In this document: positions 52,802-64,000 of the stretch, piece after piece | Layout: each line of letters starts with the position of its first letter | Position numbering within the stretch: the first letter of the stretch is position 1 | Source of the DNA: Octopus vulgaris | Lineage: Eukaryota | Assembly: GCA_951406725.2 (NCBI GenBank) | Contig: OX597822.1 | Coordinates: 81,716,001-81,780,000 of the forward strand | Direction: 5' to 3' | Length of the DNA: 64,000 bases | Position numbers and translations under genes: made by a program | Notes under the pieces: generated by a model | What the model was told of the DNA's origin: nothing | The model's database searches: none | Seen by the model: the letters and a program-made list of their open reading frames with translations, nothing else

Positions 52802-55391
52802 GTATTTATATATTTCCTTCTAAATCTCTGAGAGAGAAACAAATACCTATCTGAATTAATTTGCTTTTAATTGTGGAGCTCGAAGCAGATAATGCTATAA
52901 ATAATAGAGTGTAAATATTTGGTTAAAATGTCCTTTGGATAGAAGAAACCAAAAACTGACCAATACTTACATTTTATTATAGCTTTATCTACTTCGAGTT
53001 CCATCATTAAAAACAAATTATTTCATGTCTCTCAATGTTTCTAAATGACGTTATTATGTCTGAATGCCTTTCTTCTTTTTCATCCATTTGTTCTGAGTTA
53101 GGAGGACATAGCTGGAGTTGCTTTATCTTTGCTTATTTACTGCATTTTCTCCAATCACAGATGGATGTAGGTACAGCTGTATGGTTAAGAAGCTCGTTTG
53201 GCAACTACACGGCCCAGGTTCCATCCCACTGTATACCTTTGGCAATAAATGTTTTCTACCATAGCCTTGGATCAACCTGACCCACCTGAGTAGAAACGTT
53301 GATGGAAACTATGCAGAAGCTCATCACATGACTAACACACACATACACACACACACACACGCCTGTTGACATGGAATAGTAAAATTGGTGCCACAAACAC
53401 ATATATTGTGATACTTTAGTCAGGAGTTGTTTTGTTACTTTATAAGTTGAGCTTGCCTTTTTCTCATTAGAAAATTGATAAAAGTAGGGTGTGGTGCAAT
53501 ATAATTGGTGCAAAAACCTTGACGATAGTGATCCACCATAGATACTGTCCAATAACTGGGAGAAACAAAAAAAAAAACTCAGTAAAAGCTTAAAAGATTT
53601 GTTGCATAATGTGAAAGCAGTTATTTTGTAAACAGGCGAAATTTGAAATATGAGTGACACCTTGCTCTTGGTTAGACATGCTGAATGAAATTGGATTATC
53701 TTCCTTGTCTAGAGACATAATAGAAAAGTTGTGATCAGATCTATCAATTTAACCTCTGACTATTCAGCCACAAATATTCTACAGTTACATACATATTTTT
53801 TTTGTAAACAAAAAAACTTGACCATTCATCCATGAAGTAAGAGAGGAATGTGCAGTCAACAAAGCAAATAAACACGATTGTGTGTATTTTTGTTTTATGT
53901 TGAAGGAGGAGAGGTGGGTCATCCCTGACTGGTGTGATTCATGTGGCAAATGTCCAGCTTCAGGAAAAATGCAGAGCCTTTATGTGATTACACTTCCTGT
54001 CAGAAATAGCAGCCAAATTTCCTCCAATCATGCACTATCACCTTAAAAAGAGGAAGACAGTTATGGATAATGTAATCATGGATACACAACAAGAAACATA
54101 TTGGTCATGTCAGGAATGTTTTTGATGATAGAGTTATTGCTTGTTTAGGACTGACCTGTAATAAACAATGCCATCAACATGAACAGTGAAAGAAGTGGGG
54201 TCTAGAACCATGTGCCAGAAGGTGATGTTAAATTAGGGGGTTTTTGAAACACAAAATTTTCAGAAGTATGTATTCTAGGGGCAGTTTACTATCTTTTATC
54301 TCTTATTTGTTTCAGTCATTAGACTATGGCCATGCTGGGGCACTGTCTTGAAAAATTTTTAGTCGAAAGAATCAACCCCAGTACTTTGGTTTTTTTAAGC
54401 TTGGTACTCACTCTATTAATCTCTTTTTGCCAAAGTGCTAAGTTATGGGGACATAAACACACCAACATCCATAGTCATGCAATGGTGGAGAACAGACAAA
54501 CACACACACAATGGGCTTCCTTAAGTTTCTGTCTACCAAATCCACTCCCAAAGCTTTGATTGGTTCAATACTGTAGTAAAAGACATTTGCCCAAGGTGTC
54601 ACAACATGGGACTGAACCTGGAACCATGTGGTTAGGAAGCAAGCTTCTTACCATACACCCACTGTGCTTTATAGATAATGGGTGTATATACATATTTCAA
54701 GAGTTATTGCTGTCATATCAGTACCACATCCAACTACAAACTAATGTATATAACTGCATATAAACTGAATCTTAGTACATTTCATCCTTTCATTGTTTCT
54801 GTTTTACTTTTTAGGTTTTACTTCTGAATTATTTTGATTTGTTAGTAAACTAAGAAACCACCTTGATAGATTCTACCTCTGATGTAGGTACACTCATGAA
54901 ATATGATGCATATGTAATAAATAGATGCAGGTGTGGCTGTGTGGCTAAGAAGTTGGCTTCCCAATCTCATTGTTTCAGGTTCAGTCTCATTACATAACAC
55001 TTAGAGCAGATGTCTTCTTCTATAACCCTAGGCTAACCAATGACTTGTATATGGATGTGGCAGATAGAAACTAAAAGAAATCCAACATATGTATGTATTT
55101 CTATCCAGCAAGTTAGCTTACTAGATAGACAGATAAGTGTGTGTGTGTGTGTGTGTGTGCATGCGTGTGTTTACACTGATGTGATTTCTGTAAAGGAATA
55201 TCATTGATTTCCAATACTCTACAGAGATACGTGTGGCCATAGGGAAATATTGCCTTTCTTGAAAACGGTAAAGGGTTTATAGAAAAATCTGCCTCAAAAG
55301 ACTCCATCTGACCCATGCAAGCATGGAAAAGTGGATGTTAAACCAGTGATGGTTTAATGTATTATCACTGTTATTGCAAAATGTGTTTCTA

Positions 55392-55890
55392 TCATCATCA
55401 TTTAGTATCTGCTTTTCATGCTGGCATGGGTTGGACGGTTTGACTGGAACTGGTAAGCCAAAGAACTGCACAGCGTTTCAGTCTGAGTGTAATGGGTGCA
55501 TTTTATGCCACTGGCACAGGTGCTTTTATGTGACACTGGCATCAGCCATAACTATGATTTCACTTGGTTTGATGGATCTTCTCAAGCACAGCATACCATC
55601 AAAGGTCTTAGTCACTTGTCATTGCATCTGTGAAGCCCAATGTTCAAAGATCATGCTTCACCACCTCATCCCATGTCTTCCTGGGTCAACCTTTTCCACA
55701 GTTTCACTCCACACTTAGAGATTAGCACTTCTTTACACAGCTGTCCTCATTTATATGCATACATGGCACAGCGTATGCATTCTTACACACCACATCTGAT
55801 GCCTCTTATGTCCAACTTTTCTCTCAAGACTTGCATACTGACACTGCACATCCAGTGAAACATTGTAGCTTCATTTCATTCAAGCCTATG
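55392..55890 (-). mobile_element. RTE LINE 3' portion including decayed ORF end
   Basis: Minus strand reads LREKLDIRGIRCGV...EDSCVKKC...PRKTWDEVVKHDL...YAVLEK and runs into the (GAT)n-tailed UTR, which identifies the whole (GAT)n family as RTE 3' ends. Confidence 0.82.
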
Positions 55891-55905
55891 CAATTCAAAC
55901 CCTTT

Positions 55906-56071
55906 CAGTTCTATATTTAAGAGATGAGGAATTATGTACATTATTTACATTTGATGGATATTTGTCCTCATCTTGTTTGTCAACAAGTTTTGGCTGATAT
56001 ACCCTCCAGCCTTCATCAGGTGTCTTGGAGAAATTTCGAACCTGGATTCTCATTTCTATGGTATTTTTCCA

Positions 56072-56107
<36 letters not shown>

Positions 56108-56369
56108 CAGGTCACTGCCTGAAATCAAACTTGGAATCTTGGGGTTAGTAGCCTGCGCTCTTAACCACTACGCCATATACCCGTGGGCAATTTTAGAGTG
56201 AATTTTAGGGCTTATAAATCTAATAGTTTCCTATCCTTCTTTAAAATATTAGATTTATAAGCCCTAAAATTCACTCCTAATTGCCCACGGACATATGGCG
56301 TAGTGGTTAAGAGTGCGGGCTACTAACCCCAAGATTCCGAGTTTGATTCCAGGTAGTAACCTGAATAAT
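55906..56369. mobile_element. tRNA-head/hammerhead element, copy 3 (complete minus copy plus head-to-head inverted head)
   Basis: Inverted arms 56103-56225 / 56247-56370; A box TGGCGTAGTGG (56296-56306) and B-box-like gagtttgattcc; minus hammerhead at ~55981-56025 (GAAA box mutated); flanking direct repeat aacccttt at 55898-55905 and 56370-56377. Confidence 0.82.
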
Positions 56370-56821
56370 AACCCTTTGTTACACATCTGTTAGCATGGAG
56401 CATAAATATAACCTAGTTTCAGTTATGCCATCCCAAATATGGCCAAACACATTGAACTGGAAAATAGGTAACTTTGTGTATAGTGCACACACTAAATTTT
56501 GGGATTTAAAACACTGTAAGAAAAGTGTTTATTATACTTCAATATATACAATAAGTGAAGACGCATGGTCTGTTGGTTAAGTGTGTTACATTCATAACTG
56601 TGAGAGTGTAGTTTCAACTCTCAGGCCAGCTGTGAGTTGTGTTCTTGAGTAAAACACTTTATTTCATGTTGTTCCACTCTACTCAGCTGTAAATGAGAAT
56701 GTTGGCCTTCTTGCCAAGTCAAAGGAGTGACATCATTCGGAAGCTAAAATGATGTAAAGTGGCATTGTGACCAGCAGTGTATAATGACATTCAGTAGCCT
56801 GGTCAATCAGTACAGCCTGAT

Positions 56822-57158
56822 TAAAGCACCATTTGAGCATGATCATTGCCAGGGCCACTGACTAGCTCCCATGCTGGTGGCACATAAAATAAAGCACCAT
56901 TTGAGTGTGGTCGTTGCCTGTGCAGGTGGCACATAAAAAGCACAATTTGAGCGTGGCTGATGCCAGTGCCGCCTGACTGGCATGTAAAAGCACCCACTAC
57001 ACTCTTGGAGTGGTTGACATTAGGAAGGGCATCCAGCTGTAGAAACTTTGCCAGATCAGATTGGAGACTGGTGCAGCCTTCTGGCTCACCAGCCCTCAGT
57101 CAAACCGTCCAACCCATGCCAGCATGGAAAGTGGACGTTAAACGATGATGACGATGAT
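56822..57158 (+). mobile_element. RTE 3' end
   Basis: UTR units plus ggacgttaaac(gat)n tail. Confidence 0.8.
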
Positions 57159-60100
57159 CAGCAATTATGGGTAGAATATTTAGGCTGGATAGGTCTAGTT
57201 TAAATGCTAAAGGTTTAAACTGGCCGTATCTGGCCCAAAATATTCTGTTTTATGTTGAAACTGACCAGATCTGGCCTCTCATACATATCCAACAATGTCA
57301 TTGTAAAAATGCTCCATTTTATATTGAAACTGGCCATATAAAGACTCTAACACTTACCCTACAATGTCATATACAAACACATCATTGAAATAATGTTGAA
57401 GGGTTAAAATACTTATCCTTGCTTCACCTTAAACCCTATGACCCTAAAGAGAGTTAAAGGTGTTGCTCAAAGTTCAAGTGGTCATTTCCTTTGTTCTCTT
57501 CTCTACAAACAAGTTGTAATATATCTTGTTTCTACTATACTATTCAGGTGCATTATTAAAATATATGAATGGCCCTTAAAGTAAACTGTTTGATAGCTTC
57601 TAGTAGAAGAACCCCATTTTATTCACAACATGACTACCTTACTAAAGAGACAAAGAAAAAGTAAAAGGAATGGGGGTAAGGGAAGAGGGGGTAACAGGTT
57701 ATGCGCCCCACATCAAATGGTGGGTTCAGCCATGCCTTGTGGACATTGATTGCAAAAGTGTTGCCATGGAGAATGGCCAAAGATACTTACTGCAAAAGCT
57801 AACTCACCTCACAGGGTTTGTGTTTCAGACATTTCATCATCATCATCGTTTAACGTCTGTTTTCCGCGCTAGCACGGGTTGGACGGTTCGACCGACGTCT
57901 GGGAAGCCAGGAGGCTGCACCAGGCTCCAGTCTGATCTGGCAGTGTTTCTACAGCTGGATGCCCTTACTAATGCCAACCACTCTGTGAGTATAGTGGGTA
58001 CTTTTTACGTGCCACCGGCACAGGGGCCAGAGGAGGCTGGCAACAGCCACGATTGGTTGGTGCTTTTTACGTGCCACCGGCACGGACACCAGTCAAGGAG
58101 GCACTGGCACTGGCCATGTTCAGATGGTGCTTTTTAAGTGCCACCAACACGGGTATCACAGCTACAATTTCCATTTGATTTTTATTTTGATGTTGATGTA
58201 CTTCTCCTCAAGCAAAGCAGGTCGCCCTACAATCCAAAATAAGCACAGCAGGCAGTCCTGCGAGCCATGAACTCACTTCATTTGTCAGGTCTTCGCAGTC
58301 ACAGCATATCTCCAGAAGTCTTGGTCTTTCGTCATTGCCTCTTTTCTAGTTGCTTATTTAAAGACTGTATAAAAAATGGGGACATTTTATTCACACACAC
58401 AATTTATATAGGCACAAGAAACTTAGGAGTTACTTTATATGCACCCCAGTACTTGTACGAATGTTTATATATTTGTATTTATGAGCAGAAAGGATACTAA
58501 ATATAAGAGTATCAATTAGGATGAAAAGCCACCTGCTAATTTGTGCTTGTGATGGCACATGACTCGGGGAAGTCTCTAAGTTCAAGTATCTTGGGTCTGG
58601 TGTTGGTGACAGTAAGACAGTTTTTATGCCATGCAAGAACAAATCTATGTCCTTAGATTTTTGAACAAAGGAATCTAGCATCCCCACTCAGCTCAAAACA
58701 ATATCTGTGTATCGCGATTCCCAGGTTATTTCCCTTCATCAGCACAGAATAATTGTTTGGCTAGAGGTGGCGCTGCCAGATTCCCGTTCGAAATATATAG
58801 TTTTCAAAGTGACAACTAGTCACTGATCTATAAATTAGATAATTACTAAACAATTTTTACTCCAAAGTACTGTTGCTGAATATCTCTTGTGAGATTTACA
58901 AATAGTAATTTTCTAAGGCTGGCCTTCAAGAGCACATGTAGAGAACATTCTTATCTACAGAACCAAATTCTTCAATATGAAGAAGGAGTTTCAAAATCAT
59001 TTTGATGTTATATACAGCATCCTTCTTATGAGGGTTCAAGACACCTCTTTGTATAGCCCTGAGACCAAAGAAGAAAATAATGGACACATTACACCCATCA
59101 CTAATGCAAGGTGAAGTCTGCTGACCAGCTACTGTCATGCTCAGCATTTGGTCATATTGGATGTTACAGAGGTTCTGCACCCTTATCGAGGATGGAAACC
59201 ACTTAGTTGCATTGATGCTATTGCCAGAAGCATACAACGGGAAATTCAGAATCTACCCAAGTTAATGGTGGCTAGATATTCCTGAAGTGTTGTGGGGAGA
59301 TGCATTTCAGTCATGGCTACTCAAAGTAGGGTGTCTAAGTGCTTGTGTTGAGGAACATAGGGTTGGTTTCTCTGGTGTGTTTATATTCTTCATTGAATGG
59401 GACACCAGTCTGTCTCGGTTATTCATTTTAACCAGCTGAGTGCACAACGTGAAATGAAGTGTTTTGCACAAGAATGCAATGTGCCACCCAGTTCAAGAAT
59501 CACACCCACAATCTAGCAAAAGAAAGTCCAACACCCTAACCACTAAACCATGCACCTCCGTTTTGGCAAAAAATGGTTCTTTCTGGTGCAAAGTATATCA
59601 GTGATACTAGACCCCCACCCCAGTCAACCCTAATCAATCAAATCCACAACCAAAATGTTCCTAGCATGACATACTCTAGAATCTAAGACTATGTTACTGT
59701 TATAATAATGGATCCTCATCCACTTGTATGTTGTCATCAGTACTGTATATTCTTGTCATCACTATTATGTTTTGGTGATATTCCGCATCAATTATCTTTG
59801 AACTGTCTATCATGCTATTGCTGATAGCTCCACAAGACAATGACTGTGAAACATCTACCTTGATGTTAACTCAAACTAGTATATCACATGTAACTGACAC
59901 TGGCTCCAACTGAGAAACTCATACAACTCTACCATCACGGACTGACCTCTGACTTTATAGTGGCTGGTTCATACCACTTTGCCATGTGGAAAAGAGTGTA
60001 ACATTTCACTACAACAGTTACATAGGGTGATCTTATTTTAAGACAGAGTTGCTATTTTCAGCAGATTGAGCTGCTGCATAGAGGTTCTCTTGTGAAATGT

Positions 60101-60449
60101 TTGTGTACAGATGCAGTATGAGAATGTGTTCCTGCTTGGTGGTTGAAACTTGAGTACTGAATGTGAGTGATGTGGATAGAAATGAAATAAGTATTATATT
60201 TATGATGTGGAATGCTACTGTGCACAATGGATGGAGCACACACAAGTAATCAAATAGAATGGCTAGGCATGAAAGCCATCAACAATTGTATACGTGAGAG
60301 ATGCCTGTGATTGTTTGGGCTAGCAATGAAAATGGACAATGTGTTGTGAGTGGGAAAGTGGCATGTGATTTCGTTCAAGTAGGTGAGTCATGAAAGTGGA
60401 AGCTGTGAGGAAGATGGTCTGATTTCCTCATGAAATATGTATATTTATG

Positions 60450-60481
<32 letters not shown>

Positions 60482-60839
60482 TATATGTGAAAAGAGTGAG
60501 CTAAGTAGCAACCTGTTGTTTGAAAGACCTACACAACACATGACATTGTAAGAAAAAGAATGTTAATAATTTCGTGGTGGTTATTATTATTATTATTATT
60601 ATTATTAAGACTGTTAGCTGACAAAATCATTGGAGCATTGGAAAACTTACTTTGCCGCATTTATTCCATCACTTGACATACTGAGTTCAAATCTTGCTGA
60701 GGTCATTTTTGCCTCTTATCCTTTCAGGGTCACTCAGATAAAGTAACAGTTAGGGACTGGGGTCGATATAATCAACCTTAATCCTTCCTTCAAAATTCCT
60801 CGTCTTGTACCAAAATTTGAAACAGTTATTGGAATCATC

Positions 60840-60882
<43 letters not shown>

Positions 60883-61368
60883 GTTTAGTTGTAGTAGTTG
60901 TAGTAGTAGTAGTAGTGTTGCCTGCTTTAACTGCATTACTAAGTGCAGCTCTGTGTGCCTTGGATAATTGTTTTTCAGTTTTGTTTATTTCCTATTATAC
61001 TGAGAGTACTCTATGCAATGTTTGTGCAGCACATACCAGTTCTATTTTTTGCATCTTGCATGTGTTCATAACTCTTGGTGTTGTGGTAATGTATTTCCCA
61101 AGGCACTTCTTAATTATGCATCTTTCTCCAGTTCCCACATTCTGCTTTTCTCTTCATCCAGATCTTTATATTTGGATAATTTTTCCATTTCTTTGAGAGA
61201 TACATTACCATCTAAGGTGTTGTTGTTTTTTTTTTTTTGCTTTCCTTTGTTGATTTTCTTTTCTAAGATATCTAGAAATGCCTATGAGCAAAGCTACCCG
61301 TGATACCTGCTAACATTGAAGAACTTATAAGTGTATTGTGCATCTTTCGCTGTCCACTAAGTAAATTA

Positions 61369-61610
61369 TATAAACAAAAAATGGAGTAACTATGGGTTCT
61401 CCCTTAGGGCGTAATATCATATTGTTAAAATAGAGAATAAAATGGTGCCAATTTATATGGTATTTGTGTGGTATACTGGTTGTAACAGACTCACTGGAAG
61501 ACATTGGGAAATTTAAAAAAAGCCTAGGAAATTACTTTTGACTTTTAAAATGCAGCATCGACAACAGTACATATAAAACTCTGATCAATAAGAGTCTATT
61601 TCTGTACATA
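61369..61610 (+). pseudogene. Penelope-like RT remnant
   Basis: YKQK[frameshift]GVTMGSPLG at 61369-61409 matches the Q..G..MGSPL RT motif of Penelope-like elements; the rest is heavily decayed. Confidence 0.5.
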
Positions 61611-62114
61611 AATATTTAGATAAAAAAAAAGTGGATTTTCTTGTAAATCCACTCCAGGCTATGGTTAGTCTGCATAGGTAGTACTGGGGGTTCATGAACT
61701 AAATTCAAAATTTCATATATATATATATATATGTATATATATAGACACACATGGATTCAAGTGCATGTGCACATAAGAATACATATCATTGAAGAGCAGA
61801 ATGTAGTAAGTGGAGCAAGAGCATACACGAGGACAGAAAGTGTCACTGGAGAGGTCACAGATGTGTGACAAAAGATTTCGGGACAATGGACATAAGTGAG
61901 AATAAGAACAGAAATAAACAAGTGGAGAACAAATATGTAGAGCATGTGTTTATTCAGCAAAGAAACAAAATTTTTTAAATGACCATCCCAAAATACAACA
62001 GTATCTGTTTCAACACATGCTTTCACATCAGGAATTGTGCAACACAAATTGATAAATGTATTTATGCTAGCATGGAAAGTAGACATTAAATGATGATGAT
62101 GATGATTTATATAT

Positions 62115-62411
62115 CATCGTCGTCGTTTAACGTCCACTTTCCATGCTGGCATAGGTTGGACAGTTTGACCGAGGACCAGCAAGCCAGAAGGCTGCTTCAA
62201 TCTGATCTGGCAAGGTTTCTACAGCTGGATGCCCTTCCTAACGCCAACCACTCCGAGAATGTAGTGGATGCTTTTTACGTGCCACTGGCATAAGGGCCAG
62301 TCAGGCAACACTGGCAACAACCACATTTGAATGGTGCTTTTTACATGCCACCGGCACGGGAGCTAGTCAGGTGGCACTGGCATTGACCACACTCAAATGG
62401 TGCTTTTTACA
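62115..62411 (-). mobile_element. RTE 3' end, tail-to-tail with fragment 62066-62105
   Basis: Reverse complement of the RTE UTR; forms a local hairpin 62067-62150. Confidence 0.8.
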
Positions 62412-63269
62412 CACACACAAGGATAGGCATATTAAAAGGTGTCCATAGGGAAACCCATTTAAATAAAAGGGTTGGGAACCCCTGGTTTATATCGTGGTTT
62501 ATAACAGAAGGTACCTGCCTAAGATGCTACAGAGTGGGACTCAACCTTGAGTCATGGTGGAAAGCAAACTTCTTATCACATATTCACACCTACATCTATT
62601 CCAAACATAGAAATCTAAAAACAATCTCATATAAAAGAATAAGGAAAATGCTGGGAAGGATTTTCAAATCTCTGCTTAAATGAACAAGTGCATGGGTTAG
62701 TGAGGTGTTTTCAAGCAGAGCATCTCATTTACTTCCATTGTCATCATCAGACCTGACTTCCTGAATTCTTTCTTTCTTCTTCTTCTTCTTCCTCCCCTTC
62801 TTCCTCTTCTTCTTCTCTGAAAGGGAGTGCCCTGCCACATCAAAAACGGTAGAGGAATTGGGGCCGAAACCGGACATGGTTCCTCCTGATGATGTCTTTA
62901 GGCACGGGATCCTATAAAGAAGCTGTGGAGGTAGTGAACCACAAAACGTGGTTGGAATTCCTTATATTTATGGTGCAACCAGAAATTTGATAACTGACAA
63001 TTATTCCAAAACAGATCTATAAAATGATTCTTAAATAGAAATAATACATTTCTAAATCTCTCAGAGAGATTTATACAGTAGTATAAAGTGGTGGTGTGCT
63101 GTCGACTTAATATGACAGTCCCATGAAAGGGAATAATACTACTGCTATTTAGCCCTAGGAAGCAGCACCGCTTCCTGTCAGCCTTGATACATTTCCTAAC
63201 CTTAACCTTAATCCTAACCCTTATGTTTACAAAGGGGGAGATAAGCACCTCCACCCATCTAAGCCAGCA

Positions 63270-63312
63270 TCCAGAGACTAGTTTCTGAGTCATTGCTCAT
63301 CATCGGTCTGGA
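63270..63312 (-). ncRNA. Type-I hammerhead ribozyme motif
   Basis: Minus: tccaga-CCGATGA-tgag-caatga-ctca-GAAA-cta-GTC-tctgga; perfect 6-bp stem I, 4-bp stem II, palindromic ACTAGT stem III, GUC site; U4 to C in the core. Confidence 0.75.
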
Positions 63313-63508
63313 GTAGCATGGCTTGCTAGCTGTTGATGTCTATCTACCTTTGTAAGCATATAATAAATTCTAGTGAAATACATTCAAAAACAAAACGATG
63401 CTTTTACATCATTTCAGTCTTTGCAGCTAAAAGCTTTCAAAGAAATAACTGCAGAGTTGTCCACATTACACATGTCCTGGGTATTCTGAATTATGCCGTG
63501 TTCTATAG

Positions 63509-63572
<64 letters not shown>

Positions 63573-64000
63573 TTCTTTTAAATGATTTTCATAAGTGTTA
63601 CCAAAGATACCGTTTTCACCAGACAACAAGGAGTCTCAGTCCGGTGCTCTAACAGATGTATTTATGAGTTAATTACATGGTTAACGGTCACAGATATGTT
63701 GTAAATGGCTGGATCACTTGCCAAAACAATAAAAGTAATTTATGTTCTGTAATGAATGCATTGGTATTGTACCATGAAAAGATGGATGTAAAATGATGAT
63801 GTTGATAATGTAGCTCTCACTAAAAACTTGTAGTCATGTGTTTCTGTTTGAAATTATCGTTATAAATATTATATTATTACTGTTATTATAAATCATTATC
63901 ATCATCATCATTTAACACCTGTTTTTCCATGCTGGCTTGGGTTAGATGGTTTGACAGGAGCTGGCAAGATGGAGAGCTGCACCAAGCTCTAATTGTCTGT

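Noticed and set aside
56289-56362. Functional tRNA gene
   Set aside because: Has A/B boxes and an anticodon-like arm but a poor acceptor stem and no T-run terminator; it is the head of a repeat family.
58900-59270. hAT transposase remnant (SVERMFS-like)
   Set aside because: Needs a frameshift and a substitution, with no other motifs or TIRs found.
60400-60442. Degenerate hammerhead (tgaggaa/ttcctca stem then gaaa)
   Set aside because: CUGANGA box and stem I are missing.
62860-62960. Complete hammerhead from GAAAC and CTGATGA motifs
   Set aside because: No stem I/NUH arrangement could be built in any topology.
63195-63222. Interstitial telomere (cctaac-like repeats)
   Set aside because: Only about four degenerate units, inside a dispersed element.

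Overview
AT-rich, microsatellite-dense eukaryotic DNA with no intact protein-coding gene; the repeat types suggest a coleoid cephalopod, probably Octopus (inferred, not searched). It reads like a long intron or intergenic region filled with retroposon and DNA-transposon debris: a full-length decayed mariner (1905-3143), an internally deleted Helitron with both ends (13309-16753), many 5'-truncated RTE LINE 3' ends with (GAT)n tails, three tRNA-related SINE families, piggyBac/hAT/mariner MITEs and a Penelope-type RT remnant. Main points of interest: (1) several small non-autonomous elements carrying minimal type-I hammerhead ribozyme folds, including a three-copy family joining a tRNA-like Pol III head to a hammerhead and arranged as inverted repeats; (2) a 1.35-kb CpG-rich insertion (structured ~170-bp head plus ~54 x 22-bp array) bounded by a 9-bp direct repeat inside a young RTE copy; (3) possible + strand host-gene splice signals: a recursive AG|GTAAGT site at 30213, a 3-nt microexon candidate at 48924 and a 48-codon exon candidate at 52658. 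All coordinates were read by eye, so repeat boundaries are approximate, and no database search or folding program was run.
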